Shown: piece by piece, positions 60,790 to 64,000 of the stretch
How the letters are laid out: the number at the start of each line of letters is the position of its first letter
Position numbering within the stretch: the first letter of the stretch is position 1
Origin: Octopus sinensis
Lineage: Eukaryota
Reading direction: 5' to 3'
NCBI RefSeq assembly: GCF_006345805.1
Contig: NC_043005.1
Span: 90,644,001 to 90,708,000, forward strand
DNA: 64,000 nucleotides
Notes under the pieces: model-generated
Database searches by the model: none
The model's input: the letters and a program-made list of their open reading frames with translations, nothing else
Told to the model about the DNA's origin: nothing
Made by a program: the position numbers and the translations under genes

Positions 60790-63112
60790 TTTTCTTCTTC
60801 TTTCAAATTTGCTTCCATTTCTTGCCGAGTGTCTTCCCGACTCCTAGGGCAAAGAAACTCATAGTATACATTGGTAGGCCATTAAACTAAACTCACTAGT
60901 TCGTTCATTAAAAAAAATTTTTTTTAAAGTTAAATTAAAATACATGGGTAGTAATAGTTCTCACATCGACAATGCTCTTCTCAATACGTGTGATGTACCA
61001 GTTAAGACAATCTTTTGCACTTCTTGCAGGGATGGTAAGCCAGGGATCATTCTCATATAATTTTCGGTTCCCTTCTTGATCATTCCCAGTGCTCCTACGA
61101 TCATTGTAACCGCCTTGAGATGCCACATTTTCTCAATTTCAATGAGCAGGTCTTTATATTTTCTGAGCTTGTCAAACTCTTTCGCCGAGATATTATGATC
61201 ACAGGGGATGCTCATGTCGATCAATAAGCAAACTTTATTGTTTTGGTCTTTCACAACAATATCCAGTTTATTGGCTTTGATGGTTCGGTCTGTATGTACT
61301 GGAAAGTCCCACAGAATGGTTACATTTTCTCCTTCAGTTACAGCTTCAGGGTGGTGATTATACCACTTGTCGGCAGTTTTGATATTGTAATGCCGACTTA
61401 TTAGCCAGTGTAGATATTGGCCAACTCTGTCATGTCTTAATTTATATTCCACTGGTGCTAAGACTTTACATCCAGAGATTAGGTGGTCCACTGTTTCAAT
61501 CATGTCGTTGCAGAATCGGCATTTTGGGTCTGCTCCATTTTTCATCACATTGGCCTGATAGTTCCGGGTTAATAGGCTTTGATCTTGAGCAGCCAGGATG
61601 AAACCTTCGCTCTCTGCTTTTAGCCCTGAGCTTCGTAGCCACTGATGGGTTTGCTTCTGGTCAACATCAGCTTGTTTGCTATGGGCCACATATTTGCCGT
61701 GCAGAGGTTTCTCCTCCCACCTATCAGCCAATTGCTCGTGCGCTTTTTTCGTTGCCATTATTTTCACCTTCTTTGCAACAATAGTTGCCGTACTTCCCTC
61801 GGGTTGTTCAATTTGGGTATCCTGCACGAGATCAATAGCAAATTTTTTGCGCTTCCTTTATGATAGAATGAAGCTTCTTTCGTCTCTCGTGATTTTCCAC
61901 GAGCTTTAGCATCCAGTCATTCGTTATTTCAAGATATTTGGCCAGTCCAAAGCTAGTTCAAATTGGATCAGGCCTCGACCTTCTTGGGCTCTGGGAAGGT
62001 AAAGGCGATCTACGTCTGCCTTTGGGTGGTGCATCCTATTACAACTCAGCAGCTTGCGTATTTTCCTATCTATATTCTTTACTTCACTCATATTCCAGTT
62101 CAACACATTGTAGCTATAAGTAACAACTGGAACTGCTAAGGAATTTATAGCTAACACCTTGTTACGTGCATTTAGTTCAGATTTCAGGACTGCACGAACT
62201 CTCCTATAACATTCCTTCCTGATCTTCTCTTTCATGCTTGCATGCTGAATACCAGAGCCTTCATTTATCCCTTAATATTTGTATGTTTGTTCTTGCTCAA
62301 GCTCTCTTATGACTGTGTCAACATCTAACACGACTGAATTTGTGGTCTTCACTTTCCCTTTCTGGAAAGTGGCCTTGGCACACTTCTCAAGCCCAAACTC
62401 CATCCCGATGTCATCACTGAATGCTTTCACAGTGCGCAATAGGCCTTCAAGTTCATTATCGTCTTTACCATAGAGTTTTAAGTCATCCATATAAAATAGA
62501 TGGCTTACTTTTTTATTGGCAATTTTATACCCATACCCTGTTCTGTTTAATTCACTTGTAAGGGGTATTAGGGCTATGCAGAATATTAAAGGTGAAAGTG
62601 AGTCACCTTGAAAAATTCCACAGTTGATGTTTATATTTTCTTAGGCAAGTACTCCATTAGAGTGGTATAATTGGAGATTCGTATTCCACAACGACATATT
62701 GTGCTTCAGGAAGCTTGAAATCACAGGGGAAATTTTGAAGATGTCCAGCGATCTCAAGATCCATGGATGCGGTATACTGTCTAAGGCCTTTTTATAGTCA
62801 ATCCATGCGGAGCTGAGATTTCTGCGCTTGTTGTGACAGTTCTCAAGGATCATACGATTAATTAGCAGTTGATCTTTGCATCCGTATGAGCCTCGGCGGC
62901 ACCCTTTTTGTTCAATGGGGAAAATATCGTTCTTCTCCATGAATGCATATGTTTTCTCCGCCAGGATAGATGTTAGGATTTTATACGTGGTGGATAGACA
63001 GGTTATAGGCCGATAGTTTTTTGGAAGGTTGGTTTCGTTATTCTTTGGGAGTAGGTAAGTAATACCACTTGCTAACCATTCAGGTGTTTTCTTTGGGTCT
63101 CTCATAATTCCA
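60790..63112 (-). mobile_element. R4/Dong-clade non-LTR retrotransposon (RT, CCHC finger, RLE endonuclease), 5'-truncated (copy C)
   Basis: NYRPITCLSTTYKILT, EQKGCRRGSYGCKDQL, WIDYKKALDSIPH, GIFQGDSLSPL, HLFYMDDLKLY, CRFCNDMIETVDHLISGC and KLDIVVKD..LLIDMSIP are present, with a few stops. The 3' UTR is followed by a (TAA)/(TAG)n tract. Confidence 0.92.
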
Positions 63113-63178
<66 letters not shown>

Positions 63179-63179
63179 T

Positions 63180-64000
63180 ATGTTTGACTTTTGCTTTATA
63201 TTTGTACAAGTTGGCTCCAAGTCTCACCCAGAGACCTCAAGAGACAACAGGGTTGGAAGTTCATGTTGTTGTTATGCCTAGTGTGCCATATATTTGGGGG
63301 GTGGGGATGTTGTACTAATGAATGTCTAAAAAAAAAAAGGTTTTTTTTTTGTTTTGTTTTTTTTAAACCGAAAATTATGTTTGTTTTAAACCTTGAGATT
63401 ACATAGAGAGTATTTTGCGTAGGATATGAGCAGTTCCCATGAGCACTATCTTTTGAACTTCTGCCATTTTTGGGTTTCCTGGTATCTGAGTTAGGTAGCT
63501 ATCAGCCCCTTTTGCTATCATTCCCAGGGCACCTATGACAACAGGTATTGTTTTAGTCTTCAGCTTCCACATTTTGCTGATTTCTATTTCAAGATCTTTA
63601 TATTTGCTCAGTTTTTGGTAGGTCTTGACAGATACGTTTATATCGATTGGGACAGTCATATCAATGAGGTGGCATGTTCTTTGTTTGAAGTCTTTCAATA
63701 TGATGTCTGGCCTATTTGCATCTATCTTCCTGTCAGTTTGAATGGTGAAGTTCCAGAGGAGTGAGATGTGGTCATTTTCAAGCACTGGGGGTGGTTTGTG
63801 TTCCCACCAGTTTTTTTCATGGGGCAAATCCAGGTTTTTACAGATTACCCAGTGAATATATTGTGCAGCTCTATCGTGCCTGTTGAGATACTCTGTAGGC
63901 GCTAGAAGACTGCACTTGGAGACCACATGGTCAACGGTTTCATTTTGTTGCTTGCATACACGACACGTTGGACTGCTTCTGATCTTTAATATGTTGGCCT
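63180..64000 (-). mobile_element. Second R4/Dong subfamily, 3' end (copy D), running off the window
   Basis: CRVCKQQNETVDHVVSKC, WNFTIQTDRKIDANRPDIILKD..CHLIDMTVP and VIGALG are present. The 3' UTR differs from copy C and ends in (AAT)n at 63112-63178. Confidence 0.88.

Overview
This is animal genomic DNA, AT-rich and packed with microsatellites. The SINE, LINE and microsatellite content suggests a coleoid cephalopod, probably Octopus (inference). I found no CRISPR arrays, rRNA genes or convincing tRNA genes. Most of the window is decayed transposons: hAT, mariner, Tc1 and Helitron-like DNA elements; L1/Tx1, CR1/L2-group, RTE and R4/Dong LINE fragments; and three tRNA-derived SINE families. 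The main result is a spliced + strand gene that the ORF track shows only as fragments. It has a signal-peptide exon (35801-35861, MKPLGILILLTLGVYVEG/RG), a 126-nt Cys-rich exon (36748-36873) and a very large terminal exon (38536-44921), all joined by compatible phase-1 GT-AG introns. The terminal exon encodes 69 complete acidic monomers (46 of 26 aa and 23 of 37 aa), each ending in a dibasic site, plus 24 K-R-K-R/S furin-type sites. Six small deletions (9 nt in total) break the frame in the assembly. If they are sequencing errors, the product is a ~2190-aa secreted polyprotein of unknown function: a small six-cysteine head followed by dozens of cleavable polyanionic peptides. Secondary observations include a SINE sharing its 3' tail with the Tx1-like LINE, SINE multimers with a fixed palindromic junction, Dong elements stacked in (TAA)n tracts, a hammerhead-like motif, several long hairpins and inverted duplications, and a few orphan exon candidates. 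All calls were made by eye. TE boundaries are approximate unless a TSD or TIR is cited.
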